From NCBI GenBank assembly GCA_040904565.1, contig JBBDTI010000056.1, positions 1-29,653 on the forward strand: 29,653 nucleotides of DNA, given 5' to 3'. This document shows positions 17,098 through 26,203 of this stretch, one piece after another (the first letter of the stretch is position 1; the number at the start of each line of letters is the position of its first letter). The position numbers and the translations under genes were made by a program. Under the pieces are notes generated by a model that did no database searches, was not told the DNA's origin, and worked only from the letters and a program-made list of their open reading frames with translations. Source of the DNA: Rhodothermales bacterium (GTDB lineage: Bacteria; Bacteroidota; Rhodothermia; Rhodothermales; VXPQ01).

Positions 17098-18072
17098 ATG
17101 AAGACCTATAAAATTGGAAACAGCGACGTCGATGTTTCGGCTCTGTGCTACGGGACGGATCTCATCGGCAGTCGCATCAAGAAGGACATGGCCTTCCGGC
17201 TTTTCGATATCTACCGCGACCATGGCGGCAACCTGCTTGATACGGCGAATTTCTATTCGAGCTGGTTCGAAGGCTGCGTGGGCGGTGAGAGCGAGACGGT
17301 CATCGGCGAGTGGATGAAAGACCGCGGCAATCGGGAGGAGATGCGCATCTCCTCCAAGCTGGCCTTCGACTATCCGGGCTGTGAAGGTGGACTGACCGCC
17401 GACGAGATCGAGCGCGAGTGTGAGAAGAGTCTGAAGCGGCTGCAGACGGACTACATCGATATCTACTATTCGCACCGCGACGATTTCGATACGCCGCTGG
17501 AAGAAACCATGGAGGCGTTCCACCGGCTCGTCAAAAAAGGCAAGGTGCGGACGATCGGGGCCAGCAATCTGTACATCTGGCGCATCGCCGAAGCCAACAT
17601 GCTGTCCGAGTTGAAAGGATGGACGCCCTACCAGGCCGTGGAGCAGCGCTACACCTACCTCCGTCCCCGCCACGGAGCCGATTTCGGTCCGCAGATCTTC
17701 ATAACGGAAGACATGAAGAAATTCTGCAAGCACCACAACGTCTCGCTGATCGGCTATTCCGTGCTGTTGCAGGGTGCCTACACGCGCGAAGACCGTGAGA
17801 TACCGGCCCAGTTCGCCGGACCGTATTCGGACGAACGCCTGCAGGCCCTTCGCAAGGTTTCGAGGGATGTGGGCGCCACGCCCAACCAGGTCGTCATCGC
17901 GTGGATGCTCCACAGCGATCCCGTCATCCTGCCCCTGTTCGGAGGCAGCAAGCCCGAACATCTGGAAGAGAATCTCGGAGCGCTCGACGTGAAGCTGTCG
18001 GACGAACAGATGCGGATCCTGGACACGGCCGGAAATCCGAACGTCAAGAAGGCCTGGCTGCAGCCTGAGTAG
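17098..18072 (+). CDS. Aldo/keto reductase
   Basis: LCYGT, DTANFY (catalytic Asp/Tyr), SSK, SLKRLQTDYIDIYYSH, KGKVRTIGASN and QVVIAW. Confidence 0.93.
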   Translation: MKTYKIGNSDVDVSALCYGTDLIGSRIKKDMAFRLFDIYRDHGGNLLDTANFYSSWFEGCVGGESETVIGEWMKDRGNREEMRISSKLAFDYPGCEGGLTADEIERECEKSLKRLQTDYIDIYYSHRDDFDTPLEETMEAFHRLVKKGKVRTIGASNLYIWRIAEANMLSELKGWTPYQAVEQRYTYLRPRHGADFGPQIFITEDMKKFCKHHNVSLIGYSVLLQGAYTREDREIPAQFAGPYSDERLQALRKVSRDVGATPNQVVIAWMLHSDPVILPLFGGSKPEHLEENLGALDVKLSDEQMRILDTAGNPNVKKAWLQPE

Positions 18073-18114
18073 CAACGCATGATAGACGCAGTCTGAACGG
18101 CGACGCCTTACAGA

Positions 18115-18184
18115 CACAGTCTATCCGCCTCATTCCATCCGCCACACTCTATCCGCCACACTCTATCCGCTAGATCCCACCCGC
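18115..18184. repeat. 14-bp tandem repeat, 5 units, consensus CACACTCTATCCGC
   Basis: cacagtctatccgc, ctcattccatccgc, cacactctatccgc, cacactctatccgc, tagatcccacccgc. Ends 22 nt before ATG 18207. Confidence 0.88.
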
Positions 18185-18206
18185 CATCGTACTGGTGCGA
18201 AAGCTT

Positions 18207-21200
18207 ATGAAACGACTATCCCGATACCTGTTTGTCTCTGTACTGATCAGCCTGATGCTGCCTTCGGCGCTTCTGGCCCAGCAGCCGGAACCCACGGTCA
18301 TCTTCATTCCGGAGAAGATCGACGCCCCGCCGCACGATCCGGCGAACGATTCCTACTGGTTCGGACCGTTCTCGGAGACGGCGTCCCCGGTAGATGTCGA
18401 CAACGACGGGGACATGGACATCGTGGCCGGACGTAACTGGTACGAAGCGCCTCTCTGGATCAAACACGAAAACTTCCGGCCCGGCGGTGACGTGAACGGG
18501 CCCGAGACGGAGAACAACAGTGAGTTTGCCGTAGACGTCAACGGCGATGGATGCACCGATATCGTCGCCTCAGGCTGGATGTTCATGAAGGGGGCGTACT
18601 GGTACGAGAACCCGTGCAACAAGACCGATACGTGGAAGTCGACCAAGATCCACCAGGCCTTTAATCTGGAAGGCGTGGAGGGGCACGTCGACTTCGACGG
18701 TGACGGCGACGACGACATCCTGGTTAACCACTGGGGTCTGGTGGACGGCCAGGGGATGACGTGGCTGGAGAAGATCGACGAGTATCCGTACTACGTCGAG
18801 CACGTCATCGGGTACGAAGTCGACATGCACGGCGACGGGCACGGCGACATTAACATGGACGGCCGTCCCGACATCGTGACGCCGCAGGGCTGGTACGAGA
18901 ACCCGGGCGGCGAGGCCTCGAAGACGCAGGAGTGGACCTTCCATCGCGACTGGCATTTCGAATCGGCCAAGACGGAGCGGGCCGGATCGGGCTCGCACCC
19001 GATACTCGTCCACGACGTGAATGAGGACGGACTCAACGACGTCATCATCGGGTCGGCTCACTCATATGGACTCGCATGGTACGAACAGAAGCAGGGCTCC
19101 AGCGGCCGAGAATTCGAACGCCACTGGATTGAGACCGAGCACAGCCAGTTCCATACGATCGCACTCGGCGATCTGAACGGAGACGGCACGGACGATCTCG
19201 TGGCCGGACGGCGTCTCCTGGCTCACTACGGTGACGACATCGGTGCGTTCGAACCGCTCTTTATGTTCTGGTACGATCTCTCGAAGACGGCCGACGGCGA
19301 CCCTCCGGCGCGCCACGTCGTCTTTTACAACCACCTGCCCCACTACGGCGACGAGGGCAGCTTGAATCCCCCGCCGAACTACGCCTTCGGGATGGGCATG
19401 AACGTGCATATCGCCGACATGAACGGCGACGGGCGCAACGACATCGTCAACCCGAGCAAGTCCGGCCTCAATATCTTCTACAACCACGGCATGCCGCCGT
19501 CGCCGGGCAATGCGTTCGTGGTGCCGCCCTACGACACCTACGAGACGTGGCGCTCCTGGGGCGAGTACCGGACCCTGTTTAATGGCCGGGACTTCTCCGG
19601 ATGGGTCGTGCCTGAAGGCGACGGCGGTCACTGGACCGTCGATCAATACAACATCGACTACGACGCGCAGTCCGAGGCCGAGGGCGACAAGCATCTGATG
19701 ACGGCCGACGATTACTGCGATTACAACCTGCACGTCGAGTGGCGCCTGAAGGACACGCCGGGTATGTACGACATGCCCAACGTGCTGCCGGATGGGACCT
19801 ACGAGACGGACGTCCAGGGCAATGTCATCCGAACGCCCACGCCGAATGCCGATTCGGGCATTCTGCTGCGGGGAACGGACCACCAGGCTAACATCTGGAA
19901 CTGGCCCATCGGCTCCGGTGAGATCTGGTCGGTTCGGACGAGCGACGACGTAACGCCCGAGCAACGCGCGGCGGCCGTTCCGAAAAAACGGATGGATCAC
20001 CCCATCGGAGAATGGAATGAGTTCGACATCAGCATGATCGACGACCGCGTCTCCGTGATGCTGAACGGCGAGTGGATTATCGACGACGCCGAGATCCCCG
20101 GCATCCCCGACTGCGGACCGATCGGGCTCCAGCACCACGGCGGAATCGACCCGGAGACGGGAGAGCACGGCGGCGCGTCGAGCGTCGTTCAGTTCCGCAA
20201 CATCTGGGTCGACGAGGTCGATGAGGAACAGAAAGCCGAGATGGCCGAGATCGAGGTGCCGGAGGGATGGAAGATCCTGTTCGACAGCCGCCGTCCGAGC
20301 CTGGACGCGTGGGAAACCACGGCACCGGGCCATGCGTGGGTCGTCGAGGACGACGTCATCAAGCTCGACCGCGAGTTCGACAACTCCATGCCGAACGAGC
20401 ACTATCTCTGGACGAAAGAGAAGTACGGCGACTTCGTACTCGAATATGAATTCAAGACGGTGGAGGAGTCCAACAGCGGTGTCTTCATCCGCACGGCCGA
20501 CCGCGACGATCCCGTCTATACGGGCATGGAAGTCCAGGTGAACAACTCCTACGGCCAGGAAATGACGAAGACCGGTACGACCGGAACGCTGTACGATCTA
20601 CTGGTTCCGGAAGTCAACGCCGTGAATCCGCCCGGCGAGTGGAACCGCGCACGGGTCATCGCGGCCGACAACCAGATCGTCGTCGAGTTGAACGGCCGGC
20701 GGATCCTGGGAGCGGACCTCGATCAGTGGACCGAGACGGGGGTGAATCCGGACGGCACGGAGAACAAGTTCCACGAGCCGCTGAAGGACTTCGAACGGGA
20801 AGGCTATATCGGCCTGCAGGACCACGGCCGGCCGGTCGAGTACCGCAATATCCGCGTCATGCGGCTTCCAACGGATTGGCACGTGCTCCTGAGCGAAGAC
20901 ACCAATAACCTCGACGGATGGATTACCGGACAGGACAATGCCTTCGTCGTCGAGGACGGCATTCTGACGGTCGACCGTGAGTTCGACGGCGCCGAGCACA
21001 ATCAGGATTACCTGTGGACGACGGAGGAGTACAGCGACTTCGTGCTCGAGCTCGAATTCATGACCGCCGACAATACCAATAGCGGCGTGTTCATCCGGAC
21101 CTCCGACATCATGGATCCGGTGTGGACGGGGATCGAGGCCCAGGTCTCCAACTCGCACGGCAGCGAGATCAGCCGCACGGGTACGGCCGGGGCCCTCTAT

Positions 21201-21497
21201 GACCTGGTTGCACCGACGGCCAATCCGATCAACCCGCCGGGCGAATGGAACGAGATGCGCATTACGGCGAATGGGCCGACCATCTACGTCGACCTGAACG
21301 GCGAGCGCATCACGGAGGCCAATCTCGATGAATGGCAGGAAACCGGCCGGAATCCGAATGGCACGGAGAATAAGTTTACCGAGCCGCTCAGCGATTTTGC
21401 CCGTATCGGCCACATCGGCCTTCAGGATCACGGCCGTCCGGTGTGGTACCGGAATATCCGCGTGAAGCGGCTCAAGCCGGTAATTACGGAACGTTAG
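18207..21497 (+). CDS. Secreted FG-GAP/VCBS-repeat beta-propeller fused to three tandem DUF1080 domains
   Basis: Signal MKRLSRYLFVSVLISLMLPSALLA-Q. Seven DxxxDGxxD loops (DVDNDGDMD, DVNGDGCTD, DFDGDGDDD, DINMDGRPD, DVNEDGLND, DLNGDGTDD, DMNGDGRND). Then three domains, each with (N/D)SG(I/V), GEWN, IGLQxHG and (F/Y)RNI, at approx. 19566-20220, 20265-20867 and 20874-21473. Confidence 0.88.
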   Translation: MKRLSRYLFVSVLISLMLPSALLAQQPEPTVIFIPEKIDAPPHDPANDSYWFGPFSETASPVDVDNDGDMDIVAGRNWYEAPLWIKHENFRPGGDVNGPETENNSEFAVDVNGDGCTDIVASGWMFMKGAYWYENPCNKTDTWKSTKIHQAFNLEGVEGHVDFDGDGDDDILVNHWGLVDGQGMTWLEKIDEYPYYVEHVIGYEVDMHGDGHGDINMDGRPDIVTPQGWYENPGGEASKTQEWTFHRDWHFESAKTERAGSGSHPILVHDVNEDGLNDVIIGSAHSYGLAWYEQKQGSSGREFERHWIETEHSQFHTIALGDLNGDGTDDLVAGRRLLAHYGDDIGAFEPLFMFWYDLSKTADGDPPARHVVFYNHLPHYGDEGSLNPPPNYAFGMGMNVHIADMNGDGRNDIVNPSKSGLNIFYNHGMPPSPGNAFVVPPYDTYETWRSWGEYRTLFNGRDFSGWVVPEGDGGHWTVDQYNIDYDAQSEAEGDKHLMTADDYCDYNLHVEWRLKDTPGMYDMPNVLPDGTYETDVQGNVIRTPTPNADSGILLRGTDHQANIWNWPIGSGEIWSVRTSDDVTPEQRAAAVPKKRMDHPIGEWNEFDISMIDDRVSVMLNGEWIIDDAEIPGIPDCGPIGLQHHGGIDPETGEHGGASSVVQFRNIWVDEVDEEQKAEMAEIEVPEGWKILFDSRRPSLDAWETTAPGHAWVVEDDVIKLDREFDNSMPNEHYLWTKEKYGDFVLEYEFKTVEESNSGVFIRTADRDDPVYTGMEVQVNNSYGQEMTKTGTTGTLYDLLVPEVNAVNPPGEWNRARVIAADNQIVVELNGRRILGADLDQWTETGVNPDGTENKFHEPLKDFEREGYIGLQDHGRPVEYRNIRVMRLPTDWHVLLSEDTNNLDGWITGQDNAFVVEDGILTVDREFDGAEHNQDYLWTTEEYSDFVLELEFMTADNTNSGVFIRTSDIMDPVWTGIEAQVSNSHGSEISRTGTAGALYDLVAPTANPINPPGEWNEMRITANGPTIYVDLNGERITEANLDEWQETGRNPNGTENKFTEPLSDFARIGHIGLQDHGRPVWYRNIRVKRLKPVITER

Positions 21498-21515
21498 GCT
21501 GCGTCTTGCTGCCGT

Positions 21516-21570
21516 GCGTCGCGTCCGGCTCCGTCTTCCTTTCCAGGTCGATGGCTCCGGACGCGGACGC
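21516..21570 (+). terminator. GC-rich hairpin downstream of the FG-GAP/DUF1080 gene
   Basis: CGCGTCCGG (21520-21528)/CCGGACGCG (21557-21565), extendable by GCGT/ACGC. No clear U-tract. Confidence 0.45.
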
Positions 21571-21628
21571 GATATTGCCTATGAAGTACGTCTTATGATC
21601 ATTTCACCTTGGTATTGATATCGCTAGC

Positions 21629-22774
21629 ATGAGTCAGATTGGAGTAGCAGTAGCCGGAACCGGCTTCATCGGTCCCGTTCACGTCGAGGCGCTTCAGCGT
21701 CTCGGCAACGTACGCGTTACCGGGATACTGGGAAGCAGTCCGGAGAAGTCCGAGAAGGCGCGCCGGCAGCTCGGCCTTTCGAAGGGGTACGCGGACCTGG
21801 ACGAGGTCCTCGACGATCCCGACGTGCAGGCGGTGCACCTCGCCATACCCAACGTGCTCCATTACGAGTACACCAAGCGTACGCTGGCGGCCGGGAAGCA
21901 CGTGATGTGCGAGAAGCCGCTGGCGATGGATGCCGGAGAGTCGGCCGAACTCGTCGAGCTGGCCCGCGCATCCGGACTCGAAGCCGGCGTGACGTACAAC
22001 ATTCGGTTCTATCCGCTGAATCTCCACGTACGCGAGATGATCGCCTCCGGAGAGCTGGGCGCGATTCACTCCGTAGTCGGTCATTACGTGCAGGACTGGC
22101 TCCTGTACGACACCGACTACAACTGGCGCGTCCTGGCCGAGAAGGGCGGTGCCCCGCGGGCGCTGTCCGACATCGGCACCCACTGGATCGACCTCGTGAC
22201 GTCGATTACCGGTCTCGAGGTCGAGTCCGTCCTGGCCGATCTCAAGACGGTTCATCCCGTCCGGAAGCGTCCGGTCGGGGAGGTCGAGACGTTTTCGGGC
22301 AAGAAAGGGGGACCCGTCGAGCGCGAGGAGGTCGAGATTACGACGGAAGACTGCGCCAGCGTGCTGTTTCGCTTCAAGGGCGGCGCGAAAGGGCAGCTCT
22401 GGGTGTCTCAGGTGACTGCCGGACGGAAAAACTCCGTTCGATACGAGATTTCCGGCGGAGAGAAAGCGGTGGCCTGGCACAGCATGGAACCGAACGAGCT
22501 GTGGATCGGAAATCGAAACGAGCCCAATCTCGAGCTCGTTCGCGATCCGGCCTTGATGTCAGATCTTCCGAGCGGCTTCGCCGACTATCCCGGCGGGCAC
22601 AACGAGGGCTTTCCCGACACCTTCAAGCAGTGCTTCCGTGCGTTCTACGACGCGATCGAGAACGGAGGGTCGGGAGAGAAGCTCTATCCATCCTTCGAGG
22701 AGGGCCATCACGAGGTTGCCCTCTGCGACGCGATGCTGGAGAGCCACCGGCAGGAGCGGTGGGTAACCCTGTAA
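21629..22774 (+). CDS. Gfo/Idh/MocA family oxidoreductase, cytoplasmic
   Basis: [33 protein letters not shown] and PGGHNEG. No signal peptide. Confidence 0.93.
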   Translation: MSQIGVAVAGTGFIGPVHVEALQRLGNVRVTGILGSSPEKSEKARRQLGLSKGYADLDEVLDDPDVQAVHLAIPNVLHYEYTKRTLAAGKHVMCEKPLAMDAGESAELVELARASGLEAGVTYNIRFYPLNLHVREMIASGELGAIHSVVGHYVQDWLLYDTDYNWRVLAEKGGAPRALSDIGTHWIDLVTSITGLEVESVLADLKTVHPVRKRPVGEVETFSGKKGGPVEREEVEITTEDCASVLFRFKGGAKGQLWVSQVTAGRKNSVRYEISGGEKAVAWHSMEPNELWIGNRNEPNLELVRDPALMSDLPSGFADYPGGHNEGFPDTFKQCFRAFYDAIENGGSGEKLYPSFEEGHHEVALCDAMLESHRQERWVTL

Positions 22775-22796
22775 TTGCGATCGAGGAGGACCAACC

Positions 22797-23714
22797 ATGC
22801 AGCTGGGTTTTGTAAGTGCTATTCTCGCGGACCTGCCTCTCGAGGAGGTCGTTGAGACCGCCGCGCGAGAAGGATACGACTGCGTAGAATTGCTCTGCTG
22901 GCCGAAGGGCAAGGCCGAACGGCGCTATGCGGGTGTCACGCACGTCGACGTGACGTCTTTCGATGAATCGGATGCTCGCCGCGTCCGAGACGTGGTCGAT
23001 GAGGCCGGCATCAACATTAGCGCGCTGGGGTACTATCCGAATCCCCTCGTTGCGGATGAGGACGAGTCGGCGGTCTACGTCGACCACGTCAAGAAGGTGA
23101 TCCGGGCCGCGGCACTGCTCGGCGTGGGCACCGTGAATACGTTCGCCGGGCGGGACCCCGCGCGGTCCGTCGACGAGAACTGGCCGCGTTTTCTCTCCGT
23201 ATGGCAGCCGCTGCTGGACGTCGCGGCCGACCACGACGTGCGCATCGCGATCGAAAACTGCCCGATGCTGTTCACGGATGACGAATGGCCGGGCGGCAAG
23301 AATCTGGCGTTCAGCCCGGCCATCTGGCGCCGTATGTTCGAGGACCTGCCCACCATGCATTTCGGGCTGAATTTCGACCCTTCGCACCTCGTATGGCAGC
23401 AGATGGACTACCTGCGGCCGCTGCGTGATTTTTCGAACCGCATCTTTCACGTCCACGCAAAGGACGCCAGGGTCGATCGCGATCGGCTGAACGACGTAGG
23501 CATTCTCGCCACACCGCTCGAGTATCACACCCCGAAATTGCCGGGCCTGGGTGACGTCGACTGGGGGCGGTTTTTTTCGGCGCTCACCGACACGGGATAC
23601 GACGGTCCCGTGTGCGTCGAGGTGGAGGACCGTGCCTACGAAGAATCGCTGGAGGATCGCATCCGCTCGCTCCGCCAGAGCGCCGCGTATCTGCGTCCGT
23701 TTATCCCCAAATAG
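22797..23714 (+). CDS. Sugar phosphate isomerase/epimerase, xylose-isomerase-like TIM barrel (AP_endonuc_2)
   Basis: Metal-ligand motifs IENCP, NFDPSH, HVHAKD and VEVED, plus PGLGDVDW. Strong RBS GAGGAGG. Confidence 0.92.
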   Translation: MQLGFVSAILADLPLEEVVETAAREGYDCVELLCWPKGKAERRYAGVTHVDVTSFDESDARRVRDVVDEAGINISALGYYPNPLVADEDESAVYVDHVKKVIRAAALLGVGTVNTFAGRDPARSVDENWPRFLSVWQPLLDVAADHDVRIAIENCPMLFTDDEWPGGKNLAFSPAIWRRMFEDLPTMHFGLNFDPSHLVWQQMDYLRPLRDFSNRIFHVHAKDARVDRDRLNDVGILATPLEYHTPKLPGLGDVDWGRFFSALTDTGYDGPVCVEVEDRAYEESLEDRIRSLRQSAAYLRPFIPK

Positions 23715-23852
23715 TGAAGCACGCGTCGGCGTCGTGGATGACGTTTTTGATGTTGCCGTGGCGGATGTCGCGCGCGTCCGACGTCGCGCTGTGTTTTCGA
23801 ACGGCACGAAGTTTTCTCTTTCTCTATCAAGCACCATGCGACAGGTATCCAC

Positions 23853-26126
23853 ATGACACGTCTCTCGAACTGGGCTCTATTAATATTCCGGTTCTCAGCG
23901 GTACTCGGCGTCGCACTACTCATGGTGGTCCCGCTCCACTCGTCGTCCGCCCACGGGATCGCGGCCGACACCCTGACGGGACATTTCGAGAAGGTCATTC
24001 TCTCGGAGGACGTCACGTTTCCGATGGAACTGGACATCGCGCACGATGGCCGGGTCTTCTACATCGAGCGCGACGGCGCGCTAAAGATCTGGGATCCGGA
24101 AACGGGCCAAACCCTGATGGCGGGCTTCATCCCCGTGACGACGAAAATCGAAGACGGACTGCTCGGACTCGCGCTCGATCCACAGTTCGACGAGAACCAG
24201 TGGATCTATCTCTACTATTCGCCGCTGGACGAGGGCCCCAATACGCTTTCTCGCTTCACCATGAAAGGCAATGAGCTCGACATGAAGAGCGAGATCGTGA
24301 TGCTGGAGGTGCCCGTTCAGCGCCTCCGCTGCTGCCACAGTGCGGGTTCCATCGAGTTCGGTGGAGACGGGCTCCTGTATCTCAGCACGGGTGAGAATTC
24401 GGGGGGATGGAATCGAATCGGCGAGCGGATCGAGGGACTGTATTGGTGGGATGCCTACTGGGACAACGAGCGGAGTACGGCGAACACGAACGATCTGCGC
24501 GGCAAGATTCTCCGCATCCGGCCCGAGCCGGACGGGTCCTACACGATCCCCTCGGGCAATCTGTTCGAGGACGACGACTCCCGTACGCGTCCGGAAATCT
24601 ACACGATGGGCCACCGTAATCCGTGGCGCATCACCGTCGATGCGGAGACCGGCTGGGTATACTGGGGCGACGTTGGTCCCGGGAATCAACCCGATTCCGC
24701 CAGCGCTCCCGACGGATGGGAGGAAATGAATCAGGCCAAAGGCCCCGGCTTCTTCGGCTGGCCGCAGTTCGTGGGCCCGAACGACGCGTATCGTGATCGC
24801 GATCCGGAGACGGATGAGCTCCTCGAATGGGCCGATCCGGAGCATCCGATCAATGATTCACCCCACAATACCGGGATTCAGGAACTACCCCCCGCACAAG
24901 GGGCCTGGATCTGGTACATGTACGGTCCATCCGAAACGTTCCCCGAGCTGGGCGTCGGCGGCATGTCCGCCGCCGTCGGACCCGTCTACCATTACGACGC
25001 CGAGACGGTAGATCCGCACGGCCTCCCGGAGCACTTCGACGAGCGGGTGTTTGTCTATGAGTTCATGCGCCACTGGGTCATGGACGTGCGCCTCGACGCC
25101 GACGGCAATCCGGCGGAGCTCACGCCGTTTGCACCGGAGTTCACCAATATTCGTCCGATCGATCTCGAGCTGGGCCCCGATGCCCGCCTCTATATGCTGG
25201 AATGGGGGACGGAATTCTGGGGACAGAACCGCGACGCGGTACTCGTCCGCTACGACTATTACGAATCGGGTGACGCCGAAGGTGCCGCATCCGCATCGGG
25301 CGCCGAAGGTACCGCATCCCGACCGAACGCGGACCCGCAGCGGGCCTCACGGAACGAGTCGACGACGGCATCGACCACGGGCCCCGAGATCACGTGGCCT
25401 CCGCACGGCGGCTTCTTCGATTACGGACAGGGACTCATCTACGAGATGTCATTCGGTGGGGCGGAGGCGTCCCTGCAGCCGTACCTGGCACACGACACGC
25501 ATCGCCACGTGCTGAAACCGGTAGACGGACGGCGCGGCGTCGTGCAGATCCTGCCAGACCTCTCGCACGCGCCCTACCTCGTGGCCGAATTTGCGGAGCT
25601 GGAAGCACGGTTCGCCGGCGAGGGTTCGGTCACGTCGCCGTCCGTGCGCGCCGACGGGCGAGTCAAGCTGAATCCGAAACTACTCCAGGCCGAAAACAAC
25701 ACCTCCAGCAGCAAAGCCGAGCTCATCGTTACGGCAAACCGGCAGCGGCCGACGTTCGCCGAAGAGACGGAGGTCTATCTCGAGATGTCGAACGGATCGT
25801 GGATCGCATACGACCCGGTCGACCTTCACGGCGTGGATTCGCTGGCTATTCGGTTCATTCCGGATGCCGACGGATCCGTCGAGGTGCGGACGAACGGCGT
25901 CGAAGGTGCACTGCTCGGGGAGGCATCCTTTACGCGCGCCGACAATGCCGATGGGGCGGATGACGAGCCGCACTACGATTGGGAGACGGTGCGCATTCCG
26001 GTGACGGACCCGGGCGGAACGCAGTCGCTCTTCGTCGTCGTCCGCGGCCCCGAGCGAGGGACGGTGGCACGCCTCGATCGCATCGATGTGATCGGACGCG
26101 GCATCATGGACGGACCGCCGCGCTAA
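23853..26126 (+). CDS. Secreted PQQ/GSDH-type beta-propeller sugar dehydrogenase + CBM6-like domain (paralog of 13813-16950 lacking ThuA and PKD)
   Basis: Signal peptide. IEDGLLGLALDPQF, CCHSAG, STANTNDLRGKI, EIYTMGHRNPWR and LEWGTEFWGQNRDA. The C-terminus aligns by eye with the upstream paralog. Confidence 0.87.
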   Translation: MTRLSNWALLIFRFSAVLGVALLMVVPLHSSSAHGIAADTLTGHFEKVILSEDVTFPMELDIAHDGRVFYIERDGALKIWDPETGQTLMAGFIPVTTKIEDGLLGLALDPQFDENQWIYLYYSPLDEGPNTLSRFTMKGNELDMKSEIVMLEVPVQRLRCCHSAGSIEFGGDGLLYLSTGENSGGWNRIGERIEGLYWWDAYWDNERSTANTNDLRGKILRIRPEPDGSYTIPSGNLFEDDDSRTRPEIYTMGHRNPWRITVDAETGWVYWGDVGPGNQPDSASAPDGWEEMNQAKGPGFFGWPQFVGPNDAYRDRDPETDELLEWADPEHPINDSPHNTGIQELPPAQGAWIWYMYGPSETFPELGVGGMSAAVGPVYHYDAETVDPHGLPEHFDERVFVYEFMRHWVMDVRLDADGNPAELTPFAPEFTNIRPIDLELGPDARLYMLEWGTEFWGQNRDAVLVRYDYYESGDAEGAASASGAEGTASRPNADPQRASRNESTTASTTGPEITWPPHGGFFDYGQGLIYEMSFGGAEASLQPYLAHDTHRHVLKPVDGRRGVVQILPDLSHAPYLVAEFAELEARFAGEGSVTSPSVRADGRVKLNPKLLQAENNTSSSKAELIVTANRQRPTFAEETEVYLEMSNGSWIAYDPVDLHGVDSLAIRFIPDADGSVEVRTNGVEGALLGEASFTRADNADGADDEPHYDWETVRIPVTDPGGTQSLFVVVRGPERGTVARLDRIDVIGRGIMDGPPR

Positions 26127-26203
26127 AGCCGGTTTCAGGCCACGCTGGAACCACGTACCTTACAGTATCGCCCTGCTTCAACGGACCAGTGAATTCCTTG
26201 CCG

